Below are positions 17,486 to 26,486 of a stretch of 64,000 bases of DNA, piece by piece. Every line of letters starts with the position of its first letter. Positions within the stretch are counted from its first letter, which is position 1. Source of the stretch: an uncultured Myxococcales bacterium. Its GTDB lineage: Bacteria; Myxococcota; UBA4151. The stretch spans positions 32,001 through 96,000 of the forward strand of contig CAXGWI010000001.1 of the NCBI GenBank assembly GCA_964013405.1, read 5' to 3'. The notes beneath the pieces were generated by a model. It was given only the letters and a program-made list of their open reading frames with translations, did not search any database and had not been told where the DNA came from. A program made the translations under genes and the position numbers.

Positions 17486-20428
17486 TTAGGGCTTCGCCTG
17501 AGCATGGGAGCGGTGATGCTTTGTCGGCAACTTCGGATCCCAGCCTTTTCTGGAAAGTACCCAGAAACTCTCACTGGCCCCATAGGCTACCCCTTGGAGG
17601 GCCCGAATACTGATCAAGTTATGCCCTGGCTCCAATGGCACTTGGAGGTCGAGTTGCGACGCAAGGTCAGCGCCTCGAACCAAGGCAACCTTCTTCTGAC
17701 CTGACTCAGAACGGCGATAAACCACGACGTGCTTGAGCGCTGCGTCCGACCCAACGACAGCCTTTAGGTCCAAAACACCGTCTAGCACTTCGTAGTGCTG
17801 CTCCGGATTGATCAGATCGATCTTGGGCGGGCGACGGGCCGTATCTATCGTTGCCAACGTCGTGGTTGATGGGGCTGCTTTGCCATCGGCTGCAGCAAGA
17901 AATCCAATCCGACCTCGGCGGTCGGTGACTCGCCACCAGTCACCGGATCGACCCAGGCATTTGAAGACGGCCGGATTGCCGATGGTGGAAACCACCTCGG
18001 CCTGAAGGGACCCCCCTTGCCGAAGGAGTGATCCGCTCCTTGCCGTCGTATACGGCCGGGCGCAGGCTTTCGCAGCAAGAGGCTTAGCGACCACAGGCAG
18101 CACGACTCGGTCGCTGTGCCAAACGCCTTCTTTGGTGGCACCGACCGTCAAATCAAACTCAAGAGCCTGATCGACAGCCCGTGCCTCAAAACTCAGCTTT
18201 GCGGTCCAGCTTTCCCCAGCTTTTAGAGCCTCATGGCGTCGCCGGGCACCGAGAAGTTTGACCGCACTCCCGTTGCGATTGCGCAGGGCAACGAGGAGGC
18301 TTCCGGCCGAGCGCTCCCTTGCGGTGACCTCCACTTGTAAGTTCACGGTTTCGCCGGAACTCACCAAACCATCAGAATCATCCACCACGCTAACGTGATA
18401 CTCCAAGGCCGGCCGGCCTTGGGGCAGGATACGCAGACTCGTTGGTTTCGGCGAATCGACCGTGCCCCCCACCGCATCCATCTGCAGCGTGATGTAATCC
18501 TGTCGAGCCCGTTGGTTCTGAGACATTTCTACCGTTCGTACCCGACACGCGCGCTGACCGGCCGGGACTCGGCCTACAACGAACTCAAGTTCATTCAGGG
18601 AGCCATGGGCACTGACCGTCCGGCCATGAACACGGTAGAGATCACTGTCCGATGGATTGACCACACAGAGTTTTAGGTCGACCGACTCACCGGCCTGCAC
18701 CTTGCCTTGCACGGAAAGTTCGGCCCGAGCCTTCACCCCTTGGCCACGATCCGACGGGGACGGAGGCTCCCAGGCGATCTCTTGTGACTTAAGGGCCGCG
18801 GTAATCAGCGCATCCTGTTCGAGACGAACACGATCGAGTTCTTGGGTGATTCGACGGTAGAAGGTGTCGGCCTTCGCTGCACCGCCGGTGAGGAGCAGGC
18901 GGCGAGCCAAGCGAATCTCGAAATCCTCGGCGATCTCCCCAGCATTCTCCTGCCGTGTCTGCTCATCCTGATCCATCGCTTCTTCGGCGAGGTAGGCGAT
19001 GGTGGACCGCACCCGCTGGGCCTGGGTCGAGCCGTGGTCGAGACTGCGATTTAAGTCGGACTCACGGGTCGTCTCCGGGGGCCTTAGGGCGATGAAATCT
19101 TCCTCAACTTGAGCGGCCTGTAGACGGATATCGGGGACGATACCCGTCCCTTGGATGCTCACGCCTCCAGGTGTCAGGTAGTGGGCGATGGTTAACTTCA
19201 GCGCGGTCCCTTCCACCTTGGTCCGACGGGGATGGAATGGAATGATCGTCTGGACGGAGCCCTTGCCGAAGCTCTGCTGCCCGAGCAGCAGCGCCCGCCC
19301 ATGATTTCGAAGTGCGCCGGCCACGATCTCTGAGGCGGAGGCCGACCCAGCGCTCAAGAGGACAACGATGGGCAGATCTGTAAGCGAGCCCGCCTCGTGG
19401 GCATAGCGGGGCTGGCTCATCTGGTCGCCAAAACCTTCAGTGGTGACGATGACTCCCTTGTTCAAGAAGAGGTCCGAAATACTCACTGCCTGCTCAAGAA
19501 GCCCACCTGGGTTATCCCGGAGGTCGAGAATCAGGCCCTTGGTCGCGCCGCCTTGGCGCATCTTCGCCAGGGCTGTGACCGCCTCATCGGTGGTGTTTTC
19601 TCGAAAACTCTTCAGTCGCAGATAACCGACACCATCCCCGAGAATCTTATGGCTGACGGAGCGCACTTTGATAATTCGGCGAGTCAGTTCTTTCTCGATG
19701 GGCCGCTGGGCACCTTTACGACGAATCTGAATCGTCACCTTGGTTCCAGGCCTGCCACGCAACAGCCCGACCGCCTCTTCGAGGGTCATGTTTTCCGTCG
19801 TCTCATCGTTGATTTGAATGATCTGATCACGGGCCCGAATACCGGCCTTCGACGCCGGGGTATCTGGTATGGGCGAGATGACAGTAAGCCAACCGTCTCG
19901 TTGCCCAATCACAATCCCCAAGCCACCAAACTGCCCTTGGGTCGATACCTTCATCTCTTCGTACTCTTGTGGAGAGAACATGACAGAGTGAGGGTCGAGC
20001 GTACCAAGCATGCCATTGATGGCCTTGAGCTCGACGTCTTGAGCTTTGACATCCTCAGGCAGGTGGAGCGCGACGTAATCCAGAGAGCGCTTCAAGGTCA
20101 TGAAGGCTTCCCAGATGGACGCCATGCGTTCCACATTCAACGTCAAGGGAGGCGCACCAACCATCTGCAAATAGACCTGGCCAGGCAACTTCGACTCGTC
20201 AAAAACCAACTCTGGGACCACAGACTCCACACTGCGGAGCGAATGGGTCACCATTTCCTTCGGCTGAAATCGAGCCGGCTTCACGTAGCCCTTGGTCAGT
20301 TCGAGGATCGCCCAACTCAACTGCTCGGTCGCGCGCAGTTGCCGAGCCTCCTCCTGCTGAGACATGACCCCAAGAACAGGGTTCAGGCTGTTGGCGACGA
20401 GGTAGACCAGAAAGAATGAGTTAAGCAT
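17486..20428 (-). CDS. S41 carboxyl-terminal processing protease with C-terminal Ig-like extensions (MXAN_5808-like)
   Basis: LDPHS, PDZ domain FGGLGI, DLRDNPGG, SASASEI (Ser), FGKGSVQ (Lys); start moved to MLNSFF. Confidence 0.9.
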   Translation of the reverse strand: MLNSFFLVYLVANSLNPVLGVMSQQEEARQLRATEQLSWAILELTKGYVKPARFQPKEMVTHSLRSVESVVPELVFDESKLPGQVYLQMVGAPPLTLNVERMASIWEAFMTLKRSLDYVALHLPEDVKAQDVELKAINGMLGTLDPHSVMFSPQEYEEMKVSTQGQFGGLGIVIGQRDGWLTVISPIPDTPASKAGIRARDQIIQINDETTENMTLEEAVGLLRGRPGTKVTIQIRRKGAQRPIEKELTRRIIKVRSVSHKILGDGVGYLRLKSFRENTTDEAVTALAKMRQGGATKGLILDLRDNPGGLLEQAVSISDLFLNKGVIVTTEGFGDQMSQPRYAHEAGSLTDLPIVVLLSAGSASASEIVAGALRNHGRALLLGQQSFGKGSVQTIIPFHPRRTKVEGTALKLTIAHYLTPGGVSIQGTGIVPDIRLQAAQVEEDFIALRPPETTRESDLNRSLDHGSTQAQRVRSTIAYLAEEAMDQDEQTRQENAGEIAEDFEIRLARRLLLTGGAAKADTFYRRITQELDRVRLEQDALITAALKSQEIAWEPPSPSDRGQGVKARAELSVQGKVQAGESVDLKLCVVNPSDSDLYRVHGRTVSAHGSLNELEFVVGRVPAGQRACRVRTVEMSQNQRARQDYITLQMDAVGGTVDSPKPTSLRILPQGRPALEYHVSVVDDSDGLVSSGETVNLQVEVTARERSAGSLLVALRNRNGSAVKLLGARRRHEALKAGESWTAKLSFEARAVDQALEFDLTVGATKEGVWHSDRVVLPVVAKPLAAKACARPYTTARSGSLLRQGGSLQAEVVSTIGNPAVFKCLGRSGDWWRVTDRRGRIGFLAAADGKAAPSTTTLATIDTARRPPKIDLINPEQHYEVLDGVLDLKAVVGSDAALKHVVVYRRSESGQKKVALVRGADLASQLDLQVPLEPGHNLISIRALQGVAYGASESFWVLSRKGWDPKLPTKHHRSHAQAKP

Positions 20429-20435
20429 GGGATCT

Positions 20436-21092
20436 CTAAGCTGGAGCCGGAGGAGGGTCACCGAGAATAGCAGTCGTGAAGCGCTCCGCACCAGCTTCAT
20501 CCACCTCACCGGACTGAAAGGCGGTGTCGAGCAATCCAGAGAGTTTCTCCAGATCAACTCCTTTAACGACTGGAACCGAAATAGATTCTGGCAGACCTGC
20601 TTCGGCATCGGCCAGACTCATGAGCCAACGGTGCACATCATCCAATGCCAGTTCCGTCTCGGGCTCCAGCCAGCGATTCAAACGTTGCACAAGGGCTTCG
20701 ACGCTCGACGCCTGTTGCCAAAGACTAAATGGGTGAATGGCGAGTTCTTGCATTTCGGGTTCTGGGTCGGCTGCGAGGGCCACATCGACCAACTCGGCAT
20801 GGAGCAGACCGAAGCCGATACCAAGCCGCATCAGCGGACCTAGAATGAAGTGATCCCGATCTTCATGGCGGATGAGACGATTAACGACCTCGAAGAAGTC
20901 CTGCCCGTGGAGACGATCCGCCCAGGCCTTCCCCATGGGCTTCGGATCGAGTCGAGGACAATTGAGCAGTAAAACACCGAGACAGGCCATATCCGGGTTG
21001 CGCTTCAAAGCCTCAGCGGTCCGGCCACCGGCCGGCAAGACCTTTAAGTTGGCCTGTAGCAGGGCCAAATGAGCCAGCGGGTGAAGGGACAC
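20436..21092 (-). CDS. Hypothetical protein
   Basis: GTG at 21092 after GGAGAG; helical, about 218 aa; fills the gap between the aldolase and S41 genes. Confidence 0.55.
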   Translation of the reverse strand: MSLHPLAHLALLQANLKVLPAGGRTAEALKRNPDMACLGVLLLNCPRLDPKPMGKAWADRLHGQDFFEVVNRLIRHEDRDHFILGPLMRLGIGFGLLHAELVDVALAADPEPEMQELAIHPFSLWQQASSVEALVQRLNRWLEPETELALDDVHRWLMSLADAEAGLPESISVPVVKGVDLEKLSGLLDTAFQSGEVDEAGAERFTTAILGDPPPAPA

Positions 21093-21147
21093 GAATAGCC
21101 TCTCTCCGTAGGAGTCTAGTCCCAAGGCGCCGAACTCGGCAAGATTT

Positions 21148-21798
21148 CTAGGGCAAAAGTGACGGCGCTGCGAGACCCGCGCGCCGATGCTTATCCGATA
21201 ATGCCTCGATCTCCTCGGGTGGCAACCGGGTTGGTCCGCCCAAAGGAACCGACCGCAGCGCGATCGAAGCCAGGTGCTCAAGAAGTTCCATCCGAGCCAG
21301 TGCCATGGTGAGATCAAGGCCCCAGGCGAGCGGACCATGACCCATTAGGAGGGCTGCATTGGCTGCGCGAGCAGCATCGTGGACAGCCTGGCTCATGCCC
21401 TCTGCGCCCGGTCGATGATAAGGAACGTGGGCGATCTTCGGCCCGAGACTCACGATGGCCTCCGGCATAAAATCGATCGCCAGTTCACGACCACTCACAG
21501 CGAAAGCCGTCGATGAAGGCGCATGACAATGGATCACCGCCCCCATCCCGGGTCGAGCTTGAAACACGGCCCGATGCAACTGCCATTCACTAAACACGCG
21601 ATGCCGCCCCGAGAGTACCTTCCCGTCGATATCGATCACCAGCAGATCGGCCGAGCCGATGTCCCCTTTGCGGAAAGCGGTCGGCGTGACCAGAAATCGA
21701 TTGCCTGGGAGGCGCATGCTGATGTTGCCGTCATGATTGGCAACAAAGCCTTTTTGGTCGAGCCATTGGCAGGCCCTCAGCAACTCCTCAGCGCTCAC
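21148..21798 (-). CDS. Class II aldolase/adducin family protein, BMC-associated
   Basis: DGNIS, VTPT, SEWQLH, IHCH, GHG zinc-binding residues. Confidence 0.9.
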   Translation of the reverse strand: MSAEELLRACQWLDQKGFVANHDGNISMRLPGNRFLVTPTAFRKGDIGSADLLVIDIDGKVLSGRHRVFSEWQLHRAVFQARPGMGAVIHCHAPSSTAFAVSGRELAIDFMPEAIVSLGPKIAHVPYHRPGAEGMSQAVHDAARAANAALLMGHGPLAWGLDLTMALARMELLEHLASIALRSVPLGGPTRLPPEEIEALSDKHRRAGLAAPSLLP

Positions 21799-22046
21799 GC
21801 GGTCGTCACCTCGTCGACGATCCCGATGATCAATGAGCGAACAGGGGGCTGCCCCCCCAGGATCTGCCGGACCCCGTTGCCCTCCCGCATCACGAGAACT
21901 CGTTCGCCCGGCGCCGCACCGACGCGATCAACGGCGATCAAGTCTTCGTCGCCATGCTCAGGACGAACCATTTTGATGGGTAAGCCATCGTAGCCAGGAT
22001 GGTGCTGATCAGCGGTCACACTGCCGAGGACCTTGGCGATGATCAT
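21795..22046 (-). CDS. EutN/CcmL microcompartment pentamer (BMC-P)
   Basis: MIIAKVLGSVTA, AVDRVGAAPGERVLV, IIGIVD. Confidence 0.92.
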   Translation of the reverse strand: MIIAKVLGSVTADQHHPGYDGLPIKMVRPEHGDEDLIAVDRVGAAPGERVLVMREGNGVRQILGGQPPVRSLIIGIVDEVTTA

Positions 22047-22318
22047 CCCTCCACCTCCCGGTGTGCATCGTCCACAATACCGATGACGGCCAGATCCACC
22101 GGCACGAAAGTCGGTCGACAACCAAGAGCAGCCTCTCTGCTGCCAACAAGGACCACTCTTTGTCCCAGCGAACTGCTCACCGTATCAACGGCCACCTCGA
22201 GCCCCCCCAAAGGCCTACCGTCATGATCTTCCCGCTGCACCAATCGGAACGTGAAGCCATTCATGGAAGGGAGCTTCCTCGTCGCCACAACGGTCCCTTT
22301 GATCACACCGAACTGCAT
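22043..22318 (-). CDS. EutN/CcmL microcompartment pentamer (BMC-P)
   Basis: GTVVATRK, AVDTVSS, GSREAA, PVDLAVIGIVD. Confidence 0.93.
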   Translation of the reverse strand: MQFGVIKGTVVATRKLPSMNGFTFRLVQREDHDGRPLGGLEVAVDTVSSSLGQRVVLVGSREAALGCRPTFVPVDLAVIGIVDDAHREVEG

Positions 22319-22323
22319 GCAGG

Positions 22324-24243
22324 TTATCTCCTAGGTAACTTCAACGGGATGATAAACACGGCGGGATCACCGGGGAAAGTGGGGAAACGCCAACGCTGAG
22401 CCCGATTGATGATACATTTCGTCACCGGCAGGCCTTCGTACACTGGCGTTAATGCCGAGACCGAACTGACCCGCCCCGTGGGCTGGACGGTCAATTCAAG
22501 CTTCAACTCACCGTGCAGGGCCTCTTGTCGTGTCATGGCCCGGGAGGCGCAGTTGTTGAGGGCTTTGATCCCTCGCTTGAAGACCCGATTGATGTCCTCC
22601 GCATCGAGTTCGGACTTTCTTCCCGGTTGCGGTGTCAGTCGGACCTTCGCCAGTGGAATACGGACGGTCCCGAGGGCCTCTTGCAAGGTTGCCATGCGAC
22701 GTAGATCGGAGTCACTCACCTTCGCTTTTTGACGAAGTTCCCGCTCCCGTCGAACAGCTGGGTCTTCATCCACCTTGCGCTTCTTCGTCTTTGCGGATTT
22801 CCGACGCCGCTTCGAGGCCGCTTTCTGCTGGGCCTCCGCCGCCCGTTCCTCCTCCTCGATCGCATCCATCTCAGCCTGAATCAGATGCTCTCCCGAAAGG
22901 AACTGCATCAGGGCCTGGTGGTCTTCCGCAGCAATCGATGTGCCCTTGCGGTATGCGAGCACTTTCGCCGGCTGGGCCGGGTCTCCATAGGTCGTTCGAA
23001 TCGTGTCGACGACCGGCAACTTAATGATGTCGGCCATGGCGATCTCGGCGAGCGCCGAGGAACTGAAAGGCTTGAATGTGGGGTGACCCTGGGGGCAGTC
23101 AAAGTCATCCGCCATGGTCGCTCCGGCATCCGCTCCCGCCGGAGCTAAACTTTCACAGCCTCGGAAATTCGCCGTTCCAATGCGCACCTGAACCAAGTCG
23201 CCGGGGATCGCCTTGAGATCGACGAGGTAGTTTTGCTCCTCAAAGAGTGGGGCCCAGGCCAGGCGTTCTGAAATACCGGCCCCAACCACCATCCTCTCCC
23301 GTAGACTCGCCCCGGCCGCATCGCCAAGAACCAATAGGCGAACGAAGCTGCGCCGGCCAAGTTTGTTGACGCTCTCCACGGTCATGCCTCCTTGGCCAAA
23401 GGGCGAAGGCAACCAGCCCAGCGTCACACTCCCCACGTAGCCAAAGATCATCAGGACCAGGGTCAGAAGAATAATAAGACGACGACGCTTGCCCTGCTCA
23501 AGACCACTGGCCAGCAAAAACATCCGGGTTTCTTCACCGATCGTGTTGCTCGTCGACTCACTCAGGTCGACATGGTCCGATGCGACGGCAGGGCTGGGCT
23601 CCTGTTCAGCGTGCCCACCGAACGGTGTCGATGGCCCCGTTGCGGACGGTTGCGCCTCGACCACCGGCTGCACACCACTGACCCCTGGCTCTTGAACGGG
23701 CGCAGACGAGGAAGCCTCGCCACGGGATTCACGCCGACGGGGAGCCGGGGATGAAGCCTCTGCTGCCCGTTGGTCCGGTGGCCCATCATAGGTGGTTGCA
23801 TCGGGATCGATGGGCCCCGAAGACTCGACCTGGGCCTGACTACCTTGACCGGCCTCGTCGACGAAGACGGCGAGTTCGGGCAGATCTCGAACGGGGCGCC
23901 AATCCCCCATGCCCGCGTGCCAGGCGTGATCCGTCGGACGAAAACGCCCCTCGCGCAAGGCCTGGGCAACCTCCGACTCCCCCATAGGGCCGTAACGCTG
24001 CCCCTCCCGAGCCAGGTACCACTTCTTAGGGACGGGACTTTCATCAGCCCCCGACGAGTTACGAGAGAGAAAGGCCCGGAGATCGTGGGCAGAGATGCTG
24101 TCCATCGAGCCCATCGACCGGGCCGGGTCACGGACGACCATGATCTCCTGACAGGCCCGGCAACGGATTTTGAGGATCCGCCCCCGAACTGTATCGTCGG
24201 AGATGCTGTATTTTGCGCCGCAGTGCTCGCAGCGAAACTTCAC
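22324..24243 (-). CDS. GltJ/AgmX-like protein: zinc ribbon, GYF_2, TM, TonB_C-like AgmX/PglI C-terminus
   Basis: GTG start, KFRCEHC..CRAC; WYLAREGQRYGPM..WHAGMGDW; TM; C-terminal LNNC..VQPTGRV..KCI..WRFP. Confidence 0.82.
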   Translation of the reverse strand: MKFRCEHCGAKYSISDDTVRGRILKIRCRACQEIMVVRDPARSMGSMDSISAHDLRAFLSRNSSGADESPVPKKWYLAREGQRYGPMGESEVAQALREGRFRPTDHAWHAGMGDWRPVRDLPELAVFVDEAGQGSQAQVESSGPIDPDATTYDGPPDQRAAEASSPAPRRRESRGEASSSAPVQEPGVSGVQPVVEAQPSATGPSTPFGGHAEQEPSPAVASDHVDLSESTSNTIGEETRMFLLASGLEQGKRRRLIILLTLVLMIFGYVGSVTLGWLPSPFGQGGMTVESVNKLGRRSFVRLLVLGDAAGASLRERMVVGAGISERLAWAPLFEEQNYLVDLKAIPGDLVQVRIGTANFRGCESLAPAGADAGATMADDFDCPQGHPTFKPFSSSALAEIAMADIIKLPVVDTIRTTYGDPAQPAKVLAYRKGTSIAAEDHQALMQFLSGEHLIQAEMDAIEEEERAAEAQQKAASKRRRKSAKTKKRKVDEDPAVRRERELRQKAKVSDSDLRRMATLQEALGTVRIPLAKVRLTPQPGRKSELDAEDINRVFKRGIKALNNCASRAMTRQEALHGELKLELTVQPTGRVSSVSALTPVYEGLPVTKCIINRAQRWRFPTFPGDPAVFIIPLKLPRR

Positions 24244-24354
24244 GTGGCGTGCACCCCAGTCATCCGTCCATCTTATAGAGGAGATGGACGGAACAAACAA
24301 AAGGGTTTGTCCTGTAAGGATGTTTTAGGGGACATCAGGCCTTAGGGAGGTGGT

Positions 24355-25416
24355 TTGCTACTCGTCTGGACCCTAGCTCGGCAAATGGCCGCCAACGCAT
24401 TACTCAGCTTCGCCCTGCTGTTCGTCACCGTCCTGAGCAGTCAGTTGTTGCGTCTCGGTCCCCTCGTCCTCGCCGGCATGAGCGATCCGCTCGGCTTCCT
24501 CAGCGTCCTTCTCGACACCCTGCCGCGGATTCTGGCCATGGCCCTTCCCTTCTCTCTTCCTCTGGGCGCATTCCTCACCGTCGACCGCTTGGAGCGGCGT
24601 TCCTTGGGCGACGCCATTCGAGCCCTCGGCATGCCAGCGACCCGAGTCTGGCTGCGGGCCGGTTGGCTGACAGGTCTTGGCGGTGCACTCTTGATCATCC
24701 CCTTCGCCTGGCTCCTCGAAGCAGAAGCAGCCAAGGCTTTTCCTCGGCACGCCCTTACCCTGGCTCAGGAGTCCGTCATCGAACGTATTCAGCCGGGCCA
24801 AGTGGTGCCGATGACCGATGAGCTTTCCTTCTACGCTGGACCTCGAAACCAGCGAGGGGATTTCGACCATCTCACGGTCTTGTTTGAAGAGAACGTGCTC
24901 GCCGGTCGAGATGGGCGGCTGGAAGGATTAGGGACCCAGGCCCTTGGTCTCTACTTGGCCGAAGCCGAACTCTGGCAAAGTACCAATCAAGGCCCGGTCC
25001 GCTCCACGGCGCGAGAGGTCCATGTTCGGCTGCCCGTCAGTCGCAATATCATTCGAAACATGAGTTTCTTTGCCGATCGGGAACGCCTCTCCCTCGCCCA
25101 GTTGATTAAAAGTCCGAGTACGGACCGGGAGGGCCGACGGCGCCAACACCTCGGATGGACGCGGCTTTTGGCGCCCTTGTTCACCTTAATACTGCCCGTC
25201 TTTAGTATTGCCTGTGCCCTTCTCGCACCGCCAAGGGCCCGTATCCTCTGTGGTCTAGCTGCCACGGTCTTGGTGATCGGGGTGCACCTGGCTAGCGAGT
25301 CCTTAACCCTTGCAGGGTGGCCAGCCCCGCTGGTGGCGGGCTTGGCCCCCTTGATCGCCCTGATACCCATTCTTCTAGCGCTCCGTGCTGAAGACCGTCG
25401 AGGTGTCCAAGGATGA
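24355..25416 (+). CDS. lptF: LptF/LptG family LPS export permease
   Basis: 3 TM + beta-rich periplasmic domain + 3 TM; AIRALG motif; tandem pair. Confidence 0.75.
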   Translation: MLLVWTLARQMAANALLSFALLFVTVLSSQLLRLGPLVLAGMSDPLGFLSVLLDTLPRILAMALPFSLPLGAFLTVDRLERRSLGDAIRALGMPATRVWLRAGWLTGLGGALLIIPFAWLLEAEAAKAFPRHALTLAQESVIERIQPGQVVPMTDELSFYAGPRNQRGDFDHLTVLFEENVLAGRDGRLEGLGTQALGLYLAEAELWQSTNQGPVRSTAREVHVRLPVSRNIIRNMSFFADRERLSLAQLIKSPSTDREGRRRQHLGWTRLLAPLFTLILPVFSIACALLAPPRARILCGLAATVLVIGVHLASESLTLAGWPAPLVAGLAPLIALIPILLALRAEDRRGVQG

Positions 25417-26486
25417 CGCACTTGATGATCCCGCTGGCGAGCCACCTAACGAGAGTCCTCACGGTCACGCTCCTGATTTTAATCTCCGGTTGGCTCGTGG
25501 TGGATGCAGCCGAGATGGGACGCCATATGGTTGAAGTCGACGGGGCCGTCATCTTCGATCTCTACAGTTATCGCCTCCCGGTCTTCCTCCATCGACTCAC
25601 CCCAGTGGCGATGGTCCTTGCCGCGGGCCTGACACTTGGCACCTGGGCCAGTCGACGCTACCTCCAAGCATCGGCTGCCCTCGGCGCGGAGATTCATGCG
25701 CCTGCGCTCCTCGTCACCCTCCTCCTCAGCCCAGTAGCCATTTTTTGGGGCTGGGCCGGAACCGACGCGATCCCCCGTATGCACAAACAGCAGAACGAGA
25801 TCCTCTTCGAAAAGTTTCGGATTGGCGGTATCCACTACTGGAACCTGCACCAGCCGACCGGGCTCTTGCTCGAGCCCCCATGGCTCGTCCGCTTCAAACC
25901 GGAAGGTCCCACGCGGATTCGGGACGTCGAAGGCGTTCGACTGCGACGGGGCGAAGTTCTCGGCCTTGTTTTCGCACCCACTGCAGAACGAATCGGCCGC
26001 GACTGGATCGCGCCGGAGATCACCCATTCTCACTATCGCAAAGGAAAGCTGATCCAGCGGGTTCGCTCCAATGGAACATTGCCCTTTTTAGATACAGGAA
26101 TGAGCGTGAGTCACGCCCTTGGCTTTCCCGAGGAGTTCGGCAGCGACGAACTCAGCGAAGTGGCCCACCGAGCGAAATTGGCAGGTAGTGACCCCCGGGC
26201 CTACAACTACGAGGCCTGGCGGCGCCCCTCGAGCGTCCTCTTGCTCCTTTTAACCATGCTCACTGCCGCGATGATCGGCGCCCGAGTCCCCACCGGTAGT
26301 GGTTTCAATCTCATCCTCGCCCGCTCCGCCATGTGTGCTGCATTTTATGAGGCCTTCGCATTTTTCGGCGCGGCCTTGGGCTTGATCATTCCCCGGGGCA
26401 GAGAAGCCATCGCTGCTTGGCTGCCGATCTTTCTTATTGCCATATTTGCGAGTTGGGCTTCGGCCCGACTCGGACGGGCCCGCTGA
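25413..26486 (+). CDS. lptG: LptF/LptG family LPS export permease
   Basis: Same topology; AAWLP near the C-terminus; ATGA coupling. Confidence 0.75.
   Translation: MTHLMIPLASHLTRVLTVTLLILISGWLVVDAAEMGRHMVEVDGAVIFDLYSYRLPVFLHRLTPVAMVLAAGLTLGTWASRRYLQASAALGAEIHAPALLVTLLLSPVAIFWGWAGTDAIPRMHKQQNEILFEKFRIGGIHYWNLHQPTGLLLEPPWLVRFKPEGPTRIRDVEGVRLRRGEVLGLVFAPTAERIGRDWIAPEITHSHYRKGKLIQRVRSNGTLPFLDTGMSVSHALGFPEEFGSDELSEVAHRAKLAGSDPRAYNYEAWRRPSSVLLLLLTMLTAAMIGARVPTGSGFNLILARSAMCAAFYEAFAFFGAALGLIIPRGREAIAAWLPIFLIAIFASWASARLGRAR

Noticed and set aside
19397..20419. Long alternative ORFs (19397..20419, 2621..3520, 56518..57588, 56762..57634 and similar)
   Set aside because: Shadow or off-frame ORFs of well-supported genes, as expected in GC-rich DNA
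21148..22318. Carboxysome or eut/pdu operon
   Set aside because: No RuBisCO, signature lyase or hexamer genes in the window
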